A stretch of DNA of 64,000 nucleotides, taken from IMG/VR virus record IMGVR_UViG_3300031994_000004; one strand, 5' to 3'. The position numbers and the translations under genes were made by a program. This DNA is from a virus (Duplodnaviria > Caudoviricetes). Positions 29,976-39,360 of the stretch are shown here, in pieces; position 1 is the stretch's first letter; every line of letters starts with the position of its first letter. Under the pieces are notes generated by a model. It was given only the letters and a program-made list of their open reading frames with translations. It was not told where the DNA came from and did not search any database.

Positions 29976-30442
29976 TACGTTGGGTTATTACAAAGCACAA
30001 ATATAACGATTATATGTATATGTTTGACCTTAGAGATTTTTGTGTCAAGCAGATGCGAGATATGGAAACAAATATAGCTTATCTTACAACAACACTAACG
30101 CCCTCAAAGGCGTTTTTCAAAGATGTAAAAAAGAAAGTAAAAGAAAAAGGAATTAAGTTCAAAGACAGATGGGTCCGTTATTTTACAACAGAAAATGGAA
30201 GTCATTTCGTTTACGGGTCTTATAGAGGACATTCAATTTTACGCGGTAGAACAAACAACATTGTTATACTGAATGATTTTAATTGTTGTCCTGAACAAAT
30301 ACAAGTAGAAATGGCAAAATGTTATATACCTATGTGGGCGAGTGTATTGTGTACTACAGTTATTATTACAGTAGACGAATCAAAACCAAACGGAAAAATT
30401 ATTGACGATTTAATAAAACAATATGGCTGTTCACACACCTAA
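29972..30442 (+). CDS. degenerate fragment resembling a large terminase ATPase domain
   Basis: ENGS...LRGRTNNIVILNDF...VIIT resembles T4 gp17-type ENGS..RG....DE..; no Walker A. Confidence 0.45.
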   Translation: MIRWVITKHKYNDYMYMFDLRDFCVKQMRDMETNIAYLTTTLTPSKAFFKDVKKKVKEKGIKFKDRWVRYFTTENGSHFVYGSYRGHSILRGRTNNIVILNDFNCCPEQIQVEMAKCYIPMWASVLCTTVIITVDESKPNGKIIDDLIKQYGCSHT

Positions 30443-30761
30443 TACAATAGAAAGTTTAAGGATTGCTTGTGCTGAAAAAGGTTGGGATGGATATGATGCC
30501 GAACCAATGCCAGAGATTGTTTTTAAAAGAGCTGAAACAATTCAACCTTATATACCAAAGTATTTTGAACTGTTTCCTGGTGCTGATGGTTCACTACAGT
30601 GGGAATGGCACGAACACAGAAAGAACGGTCACTGGGATATAATAGAAGTTTATCCATCGGAATTTTATTTTACAGACAATGAAGATATAGATAAAGAATT
30701 TAACACACCAGAAGAAATTATAACTTATTTAAAGGAGAAATACAAATGTTTGGCTGGTTAA
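30423..30761 (+). CDS. conserved hypothetical protein (WDGY motif)
   Basis: GWDGYDAEP...FPGADGSLQWEW. Confidence 0.65.
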   Translation: MAVHTPNTIESLRIACAEKGWDGYDAEPMPEIVFKRAETIQPYIPKYFELFPGADGSLQWEWHEHRKNGHWDIIEVYPSEFYFTDNEDIDKEFNTPEEIITYLKEKYKCLAG

Positions 30762-31537
30762 AGAAAGCAAAAGAAACAATAAATCCACCTGATATGCTTG
30801 ATAGAGTTAAAGCATATCTAACTGAGAATGCTCCTGATATTCTTGAAAAATATGAACTCCATTATTATCCTTCGGATTTTCTAAATTCCGGTGTAGAATT
30901 TGAAAATAAGTTCTATCGTAAGGAAAAGCATTGGGAAAAGGACAATACATTCGGTTTCCGTCTGCGTGATTTATGTGGCGGTTGCGTTAATGAATATGAA
31001 ACTATAAATGGTATGGGTTCATTCAGTTCTGTTATTGAAAGTCTTACTATTTTCAAGTCTGACATTAAAAATGATTGGTCTGCTCTTGACAAAAAGATTG
31101 AAATTATGCGAAAGACCGACAAAGAATTTAAAGAATGTTTTGCCGAAGCAAGAAAGTATTTTGATTTGCTAGATGACAATGGTTTGAATGGAATGAACTT
31201 CTCAATTAACTGTATGGATGGAAAGGTTTATAGCATTTCAGTTGTTCCTGGAAATTTCAAGAAGTTCTTTGAGTATGTTAAGCCACAGTTACATTCGGAT
31301 AAAGAAATTGAAGCATACGAAGAATACTGTTATAAGCAATTTAAATTGAATACTGATAAGTGTAATTTAGATGCTTATGGTCCTTCTGTTGCTTTGGATT
31401 TACCATTTGCCTGGCGTCAAGAATTGACAGAACAAGAAAAAATTGACAATGACCCAGATTATGTTTCGGCTAATGCAAGTTGTCAGGATGTGCTTGACAG
31501 AATTAAGAAAACTACTATTGACGAAGAAGACGAATAA
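30746..31537 (+). CDS. hypothetical protein
   Basis: AAGGAG RBS, 263 aa. Confidence 0.7.
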   Translation: MFGWLKKAKETINPPDMLDRVKAYLTENAPDILEKYELHYYPSDFLNSGVEFENKFYRKEKHWEKDNTFGFRLRDLCGGCVNEYETINGMGSFSSVIESLTIFKSDIKNDWSALDKKIEIMRKTDKEFKECFAEARKYFDLLDDNGLNGMNFSINCMDGKVYSISVVPGNFKKFFEYVKPQLHSDKEIEAYEEYCYKQFKLNTDKCNLDAYGPSVALDLPFAWRQELTEQEKIDNDPDYVSANASCQDVLDRIKKTTIDEEDE

Positions 31538-31546
31538 ATCTATATT
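31518..31546 (+). promoter_or_regulatory. sigma70-type promoter inside upstream gene end, probably giving a leaderless mRNA
   Basis: TTGACG 31518, 17 nt, TATATT 31541; ATG 31553 has no RBS. Confidence 0.6.
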
Positions 31547-31552
31547 AGAACT

Positions 31553-32143
31553 ATGAACTACTTTATTGAACAACTAGAAGAAGAAATTGTGGCACTGAAG
31601 ACATTCGGCGCCACCATTGACAAGTTATGTGAACTGGCTAAAATGAAAGGTCCACATAACACGATTGATGAATGGGAGAAACCAGAACTCTTTGACTGGA
31701 CTAGACACGATACTTTGTTCAGTCAACATTACAAAGATGACACACTTCCTTGTTTGAAGTGGACATCAGTCAATGATTATTGTATGTTCCATACTTTCAC
31801 AGATGGAAAGAATTACTTTAATTTGAATTTGGCAGTTGGTCAGGGCTCGGAAGTATGTTTCTACATTCTTGATGAAGGTCAAGTTACAGATGACATTAAA
31901 GCAAATTGTTCTCAGATTGTAGCTGTTAAGCAATTAGCAGAAGACAAAGTAAAATTTTTGGAACAGAAACTTGCTGAAATGAAGGTAAAAGACCAGTCTA
32001 GAGAAGCAATAAAGAAAGACCTTAAGACAAGACTAGACACAGTTAGATTGGTAAAGAATCTTATGGATGATTTGGGATTGTCTTTTGACGATAACTCAAA
32101 GACCAAAGTTATTGGTTGGGAAAAAGAATACCGAAATCTATGA
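31553..32143 (+). CDS. hypothetical protein
   Basis: 196-aa ORF. Confidence 0.7.
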   Translation: MNYFIEQLEEEIVALKTFGATIDKLCELAKMKGPHNTIDEWEKPELFDWTRHDTLFSQHYKDDTLPCLKWTSVNDYCMFHTFTDGKNYFNLNLAVGQGSEVCFYILDEGQVTDDIKANCSQIVAVKQLAEDKVKFLEQKLAEMKVKDQSREAIKKDLKTRLDTVRLVKNLMDDLGLSFDDNSKTKVIGWEKEYRNL

Positions 32144-32832
32144 AATACGCTTTAATCGGACATAACATTGAATACTCAAAATCTAAGGAATGGTTTGAAA
32201 GCCAGGGTGTAGAGTATGAAGTATTTGATACAGACGATTTGAAAGGAACGATTGAGAAAATCAAAGCGGACTCGGAGATAGGTGGTTTCAATGTTACAAC
32301 TCCTTACAAACAAGAAGTAATTAAATACTTGGATTTTGTTGAAGGAGATTCTGTTAACTGTGTAAAGAAATTATCTGATGGTTCTTTATGGGGTAAATCC
32401 TTTGACGGAAGTGCTTTCTGTTTAGAACTTTCTCATCTGTTAGACAGTCACGATGATTGGGAATTAACCTTTCCAAACAAATGTGCTATACTTGGTAATG
32501 GTGGAGTAGTTCCAGTAATTTACAAAGAATTAGCTGAGAGTGCTGAAGTAGTAGATATATTTGCTAGACATCCAAAGGATAAAGAATACCCATTGACTGA
32601 ATTTAATGCTAAGCGTTATTCTTTGATTGTCAATACTATCCCGTTCAAAGCAAACATTGACATAAACTTTAATAATAAGTCTAAGTTCATTTATTTTGAT
32701 TTGAATTATGCTGATGATAGATTGGTGAAAAAAGCAGAAAAGAATAAACACTGTAGTTGGTCGGTTAATGGATTGGATATGTTAGAAACACAAGCAAGAT
32801 TTGCTTTAAACTGGTGGAGGGAAGATGTCTAA
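32140..32832 (+). CDS. aroE: shikimate dehydrogenase-like protein
   Basis: YALIGHNIEYSKS, GFNVTTPYKQ, SVNC, ILGNGG, IVNTIP, DLNY, GLDMLETQA. Confidence 0.8.
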   Translation: MKYALIGHNIEYSKSKEWFESQGVEYEVFDTDDLKGTIEKIKADSEIGGFNVTTPYKQEVIKYLDFVEGDSVNCVKKLSDGSLWGKSFDGSAFCLELSHLLDSHDDWELTFPNKCAILGNGGVVPVIYKELAESAEVVDIFARHPKDKEYPLTEFNAKRYSLIVNTIPFKANIDINFNNKSKFIYFDLNYADDRLVKKAEKNKHCSWSVNGLDMLETQARFALNWWREDV

Positions 32833-33043
32833 AAGACCAGATTGTTGTAAAGATTGTATTCATAGTTTTACAGGACATTGTTATGGTTGTGGCGCTTATG
32901 ACCCAACTGATGAAGAATGGGTAGCTGAAAACGAAGAAAAATCTGATTGGTTGTGGCAAAAACAAGCAAAAGAATATGCTGAAAGAATGAAGTTCATTGA
33001 AGAACAACAGAAAAAAGAAAAGCAGGTAAAGAATGAAGATTAA
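32825..33043 (+). CDS. small Cys-rich protein
   Basis: CCKDC...CYGC. Confidence 0.55.
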   Translation: MSKRPDCCKDCIHSFTGHCYGCGAYDPTDEEWVAENEEKSDWLWQKQAKEYAERMKFIEEQQKKEKQVKNED

Positions 33044-33176
33044 AAGAGTACTTTTAATTCCATTTATTTTGTTAGCAACGGTTGTTTTATTGCCGATAAT
33101 TGCTATATTTTTCTTGTTAATGATGTTGGAAGAAGTAATTTCAAGCACAATAGAATGGGTTACAAACGAGGAATAA

Positions 33177-33674
33177 ATGGAAACTGTAGACCTACATAGA
33201 GGTAGTATAGATTTTATTTTTGAAAATTGTGAGTGTATCACAGTTGATATGTGGGCTATTAAGTACTTTCACTTTGATGTGAAAGAAGAAAGATGGATTT
33301 GGGATAAAGACCATAAGAACTTTCTTAAAACAAATCAAGTAGACGATTTCAATTTGGTACTTGATGTATCTGACCCAAGACATTTTTCACAAACTATTAG
33401 ATTGGCTGACCCAGATAAAACCATAGAAGAAATGGGAAAATACTGTATTGACAGATTGACTAATTCCGATGACATAAGTGGGTTTACGATAAATGGAAAA
33501 GATTATACTGTTCCTTGGAACAGACACGAAAAACCAACTGATGTTGGTATTCCGCTTATTTCAAATACATACCAACGAAATACTGCTTCAGTTAATAAAT
33601 GTGGTGAAAAAACTTTACAAATTAAGATAAAGGAAGAATCAGATGGATCTGGAGAAAATCAAGAAAAACATTGA
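33177..33674 (+). CDS. hypothetical protein
   Basis: GAGG RBS; FIFENCE motif. Confidence 0.65.
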   Translation: METVDLHRGSIDFIFENCECITVDMWAIKYFHFDVKEERWIWDKDHKNFLKTNQVDDFNLVLDVSDPRHFSQTIRLADPDKTIEEMGKYCIDRLTNSDDISGFTINGKDYTVPWNRHEKPTDVGIPLISNTYQRNTASVNKCGEKTLQIKIKEESDGSGENQEKH

Positions 33675-34146
33675 TGCTTCATTGAGCGAACACGATTTAA
33701 AAGAACTGCGTGATTATGCTGGTTCTCGTTTGGAAGAAGTTCGTAAACAGAAAGAACTCAGTAACAAAGCCGAAGTAGAAATTAAATACAAGGGTAAGTA
33801 TATCCTTTGTTATGGAAAAACTATGCAAATGATTGGCGGAGTTAAAAACCAAAATGACATTAAAATTGTTTATGTAGAAGATACTGATTTTCAAGGTCAT
33901 GGGTTTTTCCGCTGTAAAGCAAAAATTATACAAATTAAATACAATGACGAATACAATTTAGTCAATCACATCGGTGCTGAAGATTATGGTGAAGTCTATG
34001 TTTCATTTGAACACGATGACCAGTATTCATTTTATGAAAATGACATTGAAAAAATTTTGACAAAAGATGAAGTCATTGAAATGTTAGACGAAGCAAAAGC
34101 TGCTCAAATAGATATGATGGATGAATGGAAAAAATGCTTACAATAG
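33643..34146 (+). CDS. hypothetical protein
   Basis: 167-aa ORF. Confidence 0.65.
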   Translation: MDLEKIKKNIDASLSEHDLKELRDYAGSRLEEVRKQKELSNKAEVEIKYKGKYILCYGKTMQMIGGVKNQNDIKIVYVEDTDFQGHGFFRCKAKIIQIKYNDEYNLVNHIGAEDYGEVYVSFEHDDQYSFYENDIEKILTKDEVIEMLDEAKAAQIDMMDEWKKCLQ

Positions 34147-34562
34147 TACCAACAAATTATAAGGTTAAATTTGACAAGCTGCTTTCATTTAAGAAAGACA
34201 AAACAAAAATGCTTGCCAAATTGAAGGAATTGGTTGTAAAACAGAAAACTTTTGAAGAAGAAAGTATGTTATACAACTATAAGGGAAAGGACAAAAAATT
34301 AATCTGGTCCTGTATGGAATTCTTTTATGAGAATTTGTGGAATAAGGAATTTCGTGAATTTATTTACAATGACGATAAAGACAGTTGGGAAAACTACCAT
34401 ATACAACTGAAATGTAAAAATAAATTTACAGAAGTTACGATTGTTTACGGAATTGGGGCATTTTGCGTAATTGCTCCATTAGCCAAACCAACTGACAAAT
34501 CCAAAATTCTTGACTTGGATAAAGTTGTCATTGGAAAAACTGAAATTTTCTACGATTTGTAA
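34134..34562 (+). CDS. hypothetical protein
   Basis: Stop lies inside the promoter box. Confidence 0.65.
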   Translation: MLTIVPTNYKVKFDKLLSFKKDKTKMLAKLKELVVKQKTFEEESMLYNYKGKDKKLIWSCMEFFYENLWNKEFREFIYNDDKDSWENYHIQLKCKNKFTEVTIVYGIGAFCVIAPLAKPTDKSKILDLDKVVIGKTEIFYDL

Positions 34563-34623
34563 ATAAAGTTTTACATAAAACTATAATAAAATCATTGACA
34601 AGCTCAATGATTTTTTCTATATT
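34558..34623 (+). promoter_or_regulatory. promoter cassette with box and hairpin
   Basis: Box 34558-75; TTGACA 34595; TATATT 34618; AAAATCATTGA/TCAATGATTTT. Confidence 0.85.
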
Positions 34624-34648
34624 ATGACTATACAAAAGAGGTACAACT

Positions 34649-35029
34649 ATGAACGAAAATCTTGAAAAACTCCTGAAAATGGCAAAGGTCACCACCACAC
34701 AGAACATTGAGGTTCGTGAAAACTTCATTATGTTTAAGAATGGTGATAGTGGTTTTTATCCGCTTGCCAAAATCTATGACAAGTATATTGAAGTTCTTTG
34801 GTTGGAACTGAATGACATTGAAATGGACCTGTATGTTCGCCGTGATAATCGTGGTGAATACGATTGGCTGGCCCGCGTTCCGTATGAAAATCTCAATGAA
34901 ACTGAATTTGAAGTTTACGCAAAGGATTTGCGTGAAACGATGTTCACGAATTACAAAATGGCTAAGGCCGTATCGGCCGCACGAAACGCATTTTGGAAAA
35001 CTTACCACGCAGTTATGGAGGGTAAGTAA
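34649..35029 (+). CDS. hypothetical protein
   Basis: GAGGT RBS. Confidence 0.7.
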   Translation: MNENLEKLLKMAKVTTTQNIEVRENFIMFKNGDSGFYPLAKIYDKYIEVLWLELNDIEMDLYVRRDNRGEYDWLARVPYENLNETEFEVYAKDLRETMFTNYKMAKAVSAARNAFWKTYHAVMEGK

Positions 35030-35340
35030 TGGGACTTATTAAAGAAACTCTCAAAGAAGCATTTGAAGACACAAAGCTAGAACTTGGTGTTGCTAAACCA
35101 GATTGGTTGGTTAGTTATTTGCCTAAAATCGGACTTATGATTTGGTGGGCAGTTGTAGTAATTTGGTTTGTTAGTGTTCAGTTTATGATTCCAATTAAAT
35201 TGTTTATGTATGGAAAAATGAATGATTCACTGGCACATACATTTGGAGCAGTATTTATTATTTTGATTGGATTTATCATTAACACTTTTCTGTTAAATTT
35301 CACAATGAAACTTCACGATAAAATTATGGAGAAGAAGTAA
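35029..35340 (+). CDS. 2-TM membrane protein
   Basis: Hydrophobic hairpin. Confidence 0.65.
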   Translation: MGLIKETLKEAFEDTKLELGVAKPDWLVSYLPKIGLMIWWAVVVIWFVSVQFMIPIKLFMYGKMNDSLAHTFGAVFIILIGFIINTFLLNFTMKLHDKIMEKK

Positions 35341-35343
35341 ACT

Positions 35344-35595
35344 ATGGAAGATACAACTGGAACAGAATTCAAAGAAGAAAAGACTGACAAAGTCATTTAT
35401 ATGCATATATTTGCAATTTTCATTTCTATCTTCGGCACGGTTTGGTGTTTGAGTTATGGAATTTTCAAACTGGTAAATATGGAAGCATTTTCTGCAGTGT
35501 TCAACATTCTCTTGGGTGCTGTCAATGGAACTTGCTTAATTGTAAACATAACTTCATTCATTAAAAGGAGATTCAAAATTGGACAAACTGCGTAA
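35344..35595 (+). CDS. 2-TM membrane protein (array member)
   Basis: LGAVNGTCLIVN. Confidence 0.65.
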   Translation: MEDTTGTEFKEEKTDKVIYMHIFAIFISIFGTVWCLSYGIFKLVNMEAFSAVFNILLGAVNGTCLIVNITSFIKRRFKIGQTA

Positions 35596-35779
35596 ACAAA
35601 TTAAACAGACACAGATTATCTCTATGAGTCTATCTGTGATTGCTATGGTGTTATGTACCTCTATTGGTATTCACACTATTATAACTGGAAGAGTACTTGC
35701 TGGAACAATTTGCGTAATTTTAGGACTTGCTAATGCAATTTGTTTGGGTAACAATTATTCAAATTTCAAAAAGGAGTAA
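35579..35779 (+). CDS. 2-TM membrane protein (array member)
   Basis: AAGGAG plus TTG start; LGLANAICLGNN. Confidence 0.6.
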   Translation: MDKLRKQIKQTQIISMSLSVIAMVLCTSIGIHTIITGRVLAGTICVILGLANAICLGNNYSNFKKE

Positions 35780-35782
35780 ACT

Positions 35783-35974
35783 ATGATTGCTTTAACTATT
35801 GTCGGGGTTGCTGTAACTGCCATCGCATTTATCTTCTGTACCTCTGTTGGTATCAAAATGATAATGGATGATTCTCCAGGTATTGGACTCTGTAACATCG
35901 CTATGGGTGTTGGTAACCTGTTGCTTTGTATCTGTAACATTGTACGATTGGTAGGTCAGAGTGCAGGTGCTTAG
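35783..35974 (+). CDS. 2-TM membrane protein (array member)
   Basis: MGVGNLLLCICN. Confidence 0.6.
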   Translation: MIALTIVGVAVTAIAFIFCTSVGIKMIMDDSPGIGLCNIAMGVGNLLLCICNIVRLVGQSAGA

Positions 35975-36131
35975 TTTGATGGCATTAGTAGCAGCCATTG
36001 GTTGTGCTTGTGGTGCTATTCTAATTCGTAAAGATAACAAGCAACTGTTTTGGATAAATACAGTTCTCGCAGTAGCAAATGGTGGACTTGCTATTATGGG
36101 ATTTACAGGTATGTTCACCAATTTCACATAA
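35961..36131 (+). CDS. 2-TM membrane protein (array member)
   Basis: LAVANGGLAI; below track cutoff; start uncertain. Confidence 0.5.
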   Translation: MQVLSLMALVAAIGCACGAILIRKDNKQLFWINTVLAVANGGLAIMGFTGMFTNFT

Positions 36132-36143
36132 AGGAAACAAACT

Positions 36144-36551
36144 ATGTTTAAGACACTATTATTCGTATATCTCGGTGGTGTATCACAAGCTGCTACAGTA
36201 ATCTGTGCGGTATTCTCATCCATCTTTATTTTGGCTGCGATTGGTTTTTATATCGGTTCGTTCTGTTATGAATGTTATAAGGACGAAGAAGAAAAGAAAA
36301 TGCGAGCCATGTTCTCAAAGATGGGAAAGTGGTTCTGTATCATTGGTGTTGCTATGGCATTTACAGGAGTTGTTCTTCCAGACAAGCAAGTATGTTATAT
36401 GGCGGCTGCCGTTTCTTCAGCAGAATACATTACACAGGAAACTGAAATCGGTAAGGCACTTAACGAAACATCTGTTGGCTTGATTAAGGATGTCGGCAAG
36501 ATAGTTCACGATATGGCGAACACAACAAATAAGGTAACTGAACATGAGTAA
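36144..36551 (+). CDS. membrane protein
   Basis: Paralog of 7291. Confidence 0.7.
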   Translation: MFKTLLFVYLGGVSQAATVICAVFSSIFILAAIGFYIGSFCYECYKDEEEKKMRAMFSKMGKWFCIIGVAMAFTGVVLPDKQVCYMAAAVSSAEYITQETEIGKALNETSVGLIKDVGKIVHDMANTTNKVTEHE

Positions 36552-36560
36552 TAGATAGAT

Positions 36561-36624
36561 AAGTTCAATTTCAAACAAAATGTATAGCAAAACTATTGCT
36601 ATACATTTAAACTTTTATTACATT
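36561..36624 (+). promoter_or_regulatory. variant promoter cassette with hairpin
   Basis: AAGTTCAATTTCAAACAAAAT; AAATGTATAGCAA/TTGCTATACATTT; TTGCTA-17-TACATT. Confidence 0.55.
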
Positions 36625-36639
36625 TAAATAAGAGAAACT

Positions 36640-37140
36640 ATGGCATTAACAACTTGGGGTAAGAAAATGGCCGCAAAAGAACATAAAGTAATTGATGCTG
36701 AAATCATTGGTCAGCCGAAAAAGAAGATTCCACTTAAGAAAGACAGTCTTACATTGAACATTTTACTAATCACAGTTCTTGTATTGTTGATTGGTGGTGC
36801 TGGATATGCGATTGGTAGATATACTGCACCTGAACCAACTGTAAAAGTTAAGAAAGTAATGACTGATACAATGGGAAATGAATGGTTCACTATCAAGCAC
36901 AAAGTTGATGATATGGACACGCCTGAAGAATTCAAGGGAACTAGATTCTATGCTGGGTTCCTTGACTTCAAGAATATGCGTGACCGAGTGAGAGCGTTCA
37001 CAGATGTAACTCATTTTACGATTGGTTGCTCTGGTGATATGTTTAGTGCAGAAGGCCAATTATGGTGTACAAATGATTGGATAATTAAACTATCCGAAAC
37101 TATACCGAATGAAATTTTAACAAAGTATTATAAGAAATAA
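36640..37140 (+). CDS. single-TM membrane protein
   Basis: ILLITVLVLLIGGAGYAIG. Confidence 0.65.
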   Translation: MALTTWGKKMAAKEHKVIDAEIIGQPKKKIPLKKDSLTLNILLITVLVLLIGGAGYAIGRYTAPEPTVKVKKVMTDTMGNEWFTIKHKVDDMDTPEEFKGTRFYAGFLDFKNMRDRVRAFTDVTHFTIGCSGDMFSAEGQLWCTNDWIIKLSETIPNEILTKYYKK

Positions 37141-37586
37141 TGGAAGAATTGGTTTACATACAACATATAAAAAATTCTGTATTTGCTACAGGATGTGCAC
37201 CTACATTAAAGGTTCACTTGTATGCAATTCGTTTGATTGTAAAAATCTTATTGAAGTTCGCATTACAAGAAAAAAAGATTTTTATATTTTTTGGGTTAGA
37301 TTTGCTTTTATGTTTTATACCTAATAAATTAAAAAATTTGGAAAATAAAATAACCTGGTGGCGAGATAAGTATTTGAATTATTTAATAAGTAAAGACTGG
37401 ACAAAAATTGATTCGTGGTATTTCTTGGATGACGATAAATGGAATGACTATTTAAAGGAACACCCTGACAGAAAAGAATACTTTGAAAAACGCAGAAAAA
37501 TGGATTCCAAATTACTTGAAATTTATTTAGACCAGGAGCGAGTTGATAGTAACTTTATGGAGAAGTATACTAAAAGATATATGTGA
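37140..37586 (+). CDS. hypothetical protein
   Basis: TAATG coupling. Confidence 0.55.
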   Translation: MEELVYIQHIKNSVFATGCAPTLKVHLYAIRLIVKILLKFALQEKKIFIFFGLDLLLCFIPNKLKNLENKITWWRDKYLNYLISKDWTKIDSWYFLDDDKWNDYLKEHPDRKEYFEKRRKMDSKLLEIYLDQERVDSNFMEKYTKRYM

Positions 37587-37768
37587 GGTTCATTATGTTG
37601 TTAAAAACTGAAGACAAAAAAGACTTGGAACTTTCATTTAGACCTGTTGCAGATCCGACAGAAATAATAAATGAGAAAACAGACAAAAAAGACATAATAA
37701 TTACTATATTTCTATATGTAATGATGGCAGGAATTATAATCTATAACTTGATTTAAGGAGAATAAACT

Positions 37769-38563
37769 ATGAGTGATACATTCGGTGATAGAATGAAAAT
37801 GTATGAAGGCATTGAAGCACAACGTGCGTTCATGCCAGGACTTCCTATTTGCGTAAGAATTGACGGTAGAGCATTCCACACATTTACACGTGGTATGCAG
37901 CGCCCTTATGACAAAGCAATGGCTGATGCTATGATTGAAACTATGAAGTATCTAGTTGAACAGACTTATGCTTGTATTGGTTACACTCAGTCCGATGAAA
38001 TTTCTTTGATTATCAGAGACGATGTGGAACCGCTTTTCGGTGGTCGCATTTCTAAATTGACTTCAATTCTCGCATCTATGGCAACTGCCAAGTTCAATGA
38101 AGTTATCCACAAGACTTATCCTGAAAAGCCTTTGGCTCAGTTTGATTGCCGATGCTGGCAGGTTCCAAACAGAACTGAAGCAACTAACGAAATTCTCTGG
38201 CGTGAATACGATGCGACAAAGAACTCTATTTCTATGGCAGCTAGAGCTTACTATTCTGACAAACAACTACTTGGAAAGAACGGAAGTCAAAAGCAGGATA
38301 TGCTTATGGATAATGGTGTAAACTGGAATGATTATCCAGCATTCTTCAAGCGTGGAACTTATGCTCAGCGCAAAGTCATTGAAAGACCAATGACAGATGA
38401 AGAATGGGCAAAAATCCCTGACAAACACAAAGCAAATCTCAGCAGAGAAACACCAGTGAAACGCACAGTTATTCAAACATTGGATATGCCTGTTTTCACA
38501 AAGGTAACAAACCGAGTGGATGTAATCTTTAATGGTGCTGAACCACAGGTGGAAAATGAGTAA
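37769..38563 (+). CDS. thg1: tRNA(His) guanylyltransferase Thg1-like protein (3'-5' polymerase)
   Basis: RIDGRAFHTFT, YTQSDEISL, GGRISKLTS, FDCR, WREYDATKNSI. Confidence 0.9.
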   Translation: MSDTFGDRMKMYEGIEAQRAFMPGLPICVRIDGRAFHTFTRGMQRPYDKAMADAMIETMKYLVEQTYACIGYTQSDEISLIIRDDVEPLFGGRISKLTSILASMATAKFNEVIHKTYPEKPLAQFDCRCWQVPNRTEATNEILWREYDATKNSISMAARAYYSDKQLLGKNGSQKQDMLMDNGVNWNDYPAFFKRGTYAQRKVIERPMTDEEWAKIPDKHKANLSRETPVKRTVIQTLDMPVFTKVTNRVDVIFNGAEPQVENE

Positions 38564-38807
38564 TAATGAATTTGATGATTTCATAAATCAAATATATCAT
38601 AACCCTAGTGGTGGGAGTTATAGACCATCTGCACTTGGTTCTGCCCGTAATAAGACCATTGAAGATATAATAAAATCTATTACTGAACAAGCAGACAAAT
38701 ACTGTGAAGAATTAGAACAGAAACGAAAAGGAAAACACGAACCAAAATTCACAGATGAAGAATTTAATAAGACCTGTGAAGAATTAGGCCTAGTGGAGGA
38801 TAAGTAA
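38556..38807 (+). CDS. hypothetical protein (unit gene A, copy 1)
   Basis: FTDEEFNKTCEELGL. Confidence 0.65.
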   Translation: MSNNEFDDFINQIYHNPSGGSYRPSALGSARNKTIEDIIKSITEQADKYCEELEQKRKGKHEPKFTDEEFNKTCEELGLVEDK

Positions 38808-39109
38808 TGTTTGATATAGATAGCTGGCTCAGCACTCTTAATGAAGATTACCATCGGCCGAAAAGCACTCTCCGTAAATTTAAACTTGGTAATTTAGATG
38901 TTAGAGTATGGAATTACGATAACGAAGAATTACAGATTGACGAAGTAAAATTTCAAATCACTCCTAATGGAGAATTGGATGTTCATATTACTGGACAAAC
39001 AACACTTCATACACTACAAGAACTAAGTGACACAGTTAATTTGTATAGAAAATCGTACAAAGTAATGATTGAAACAGCTAAACAACTTAAATTATTGGGA
39101 GATTTCTAA
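38807..39109 (+). CDS. DF-tail protein (unit gene B, copy 1)
   Basis: Ends KQLKLLGDF*. Confidence 0.8.
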   Translation: MFDIDSWLSTLNEDYHRPKSTLRKFKLGNLDVRVWNYDNEELQIDEVKFQITPNGELDVHITGQTTLHTLQELSDTVNLYRKSYKVMIETAKQLKLLGDF

Positions 39110-39342
39110 TGTCTTTTGATTTAGATGAAGCGAAAAACTTACTTGAAGAAAATGGTTTTAACCTTTTTGGTTCAGCTAATTTATCAAAAAAAGATGCTGA
39201 TGATGAATTAGAAAAAGAAAAATTCACTGAAGAAGAATTTGAAAAAGCTTGCGAAGATTTAGGCCTTGAAGATTGTGGTGAAGAAACTGACGATGTGGAT
39301 GATTTCTTTTCTCGGTTACAATGCCGAACCATACAGGAATAA
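39109..39342 (+). CDS. hypothetical protein (unit gene A, copy 2)
   Basis: FTEEEFEKACEDLGL. Confidence 0.65.
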   Translation: MSFDLDEAKNLLEENGFNLFGSANLSKKDADDELEKEKFTEEEFEKACEDLGLEDCGEETDDVDDFFSRLQCRTIQE

Positions 39343-39360
39343 TAACTGGTAGGTAGAATT

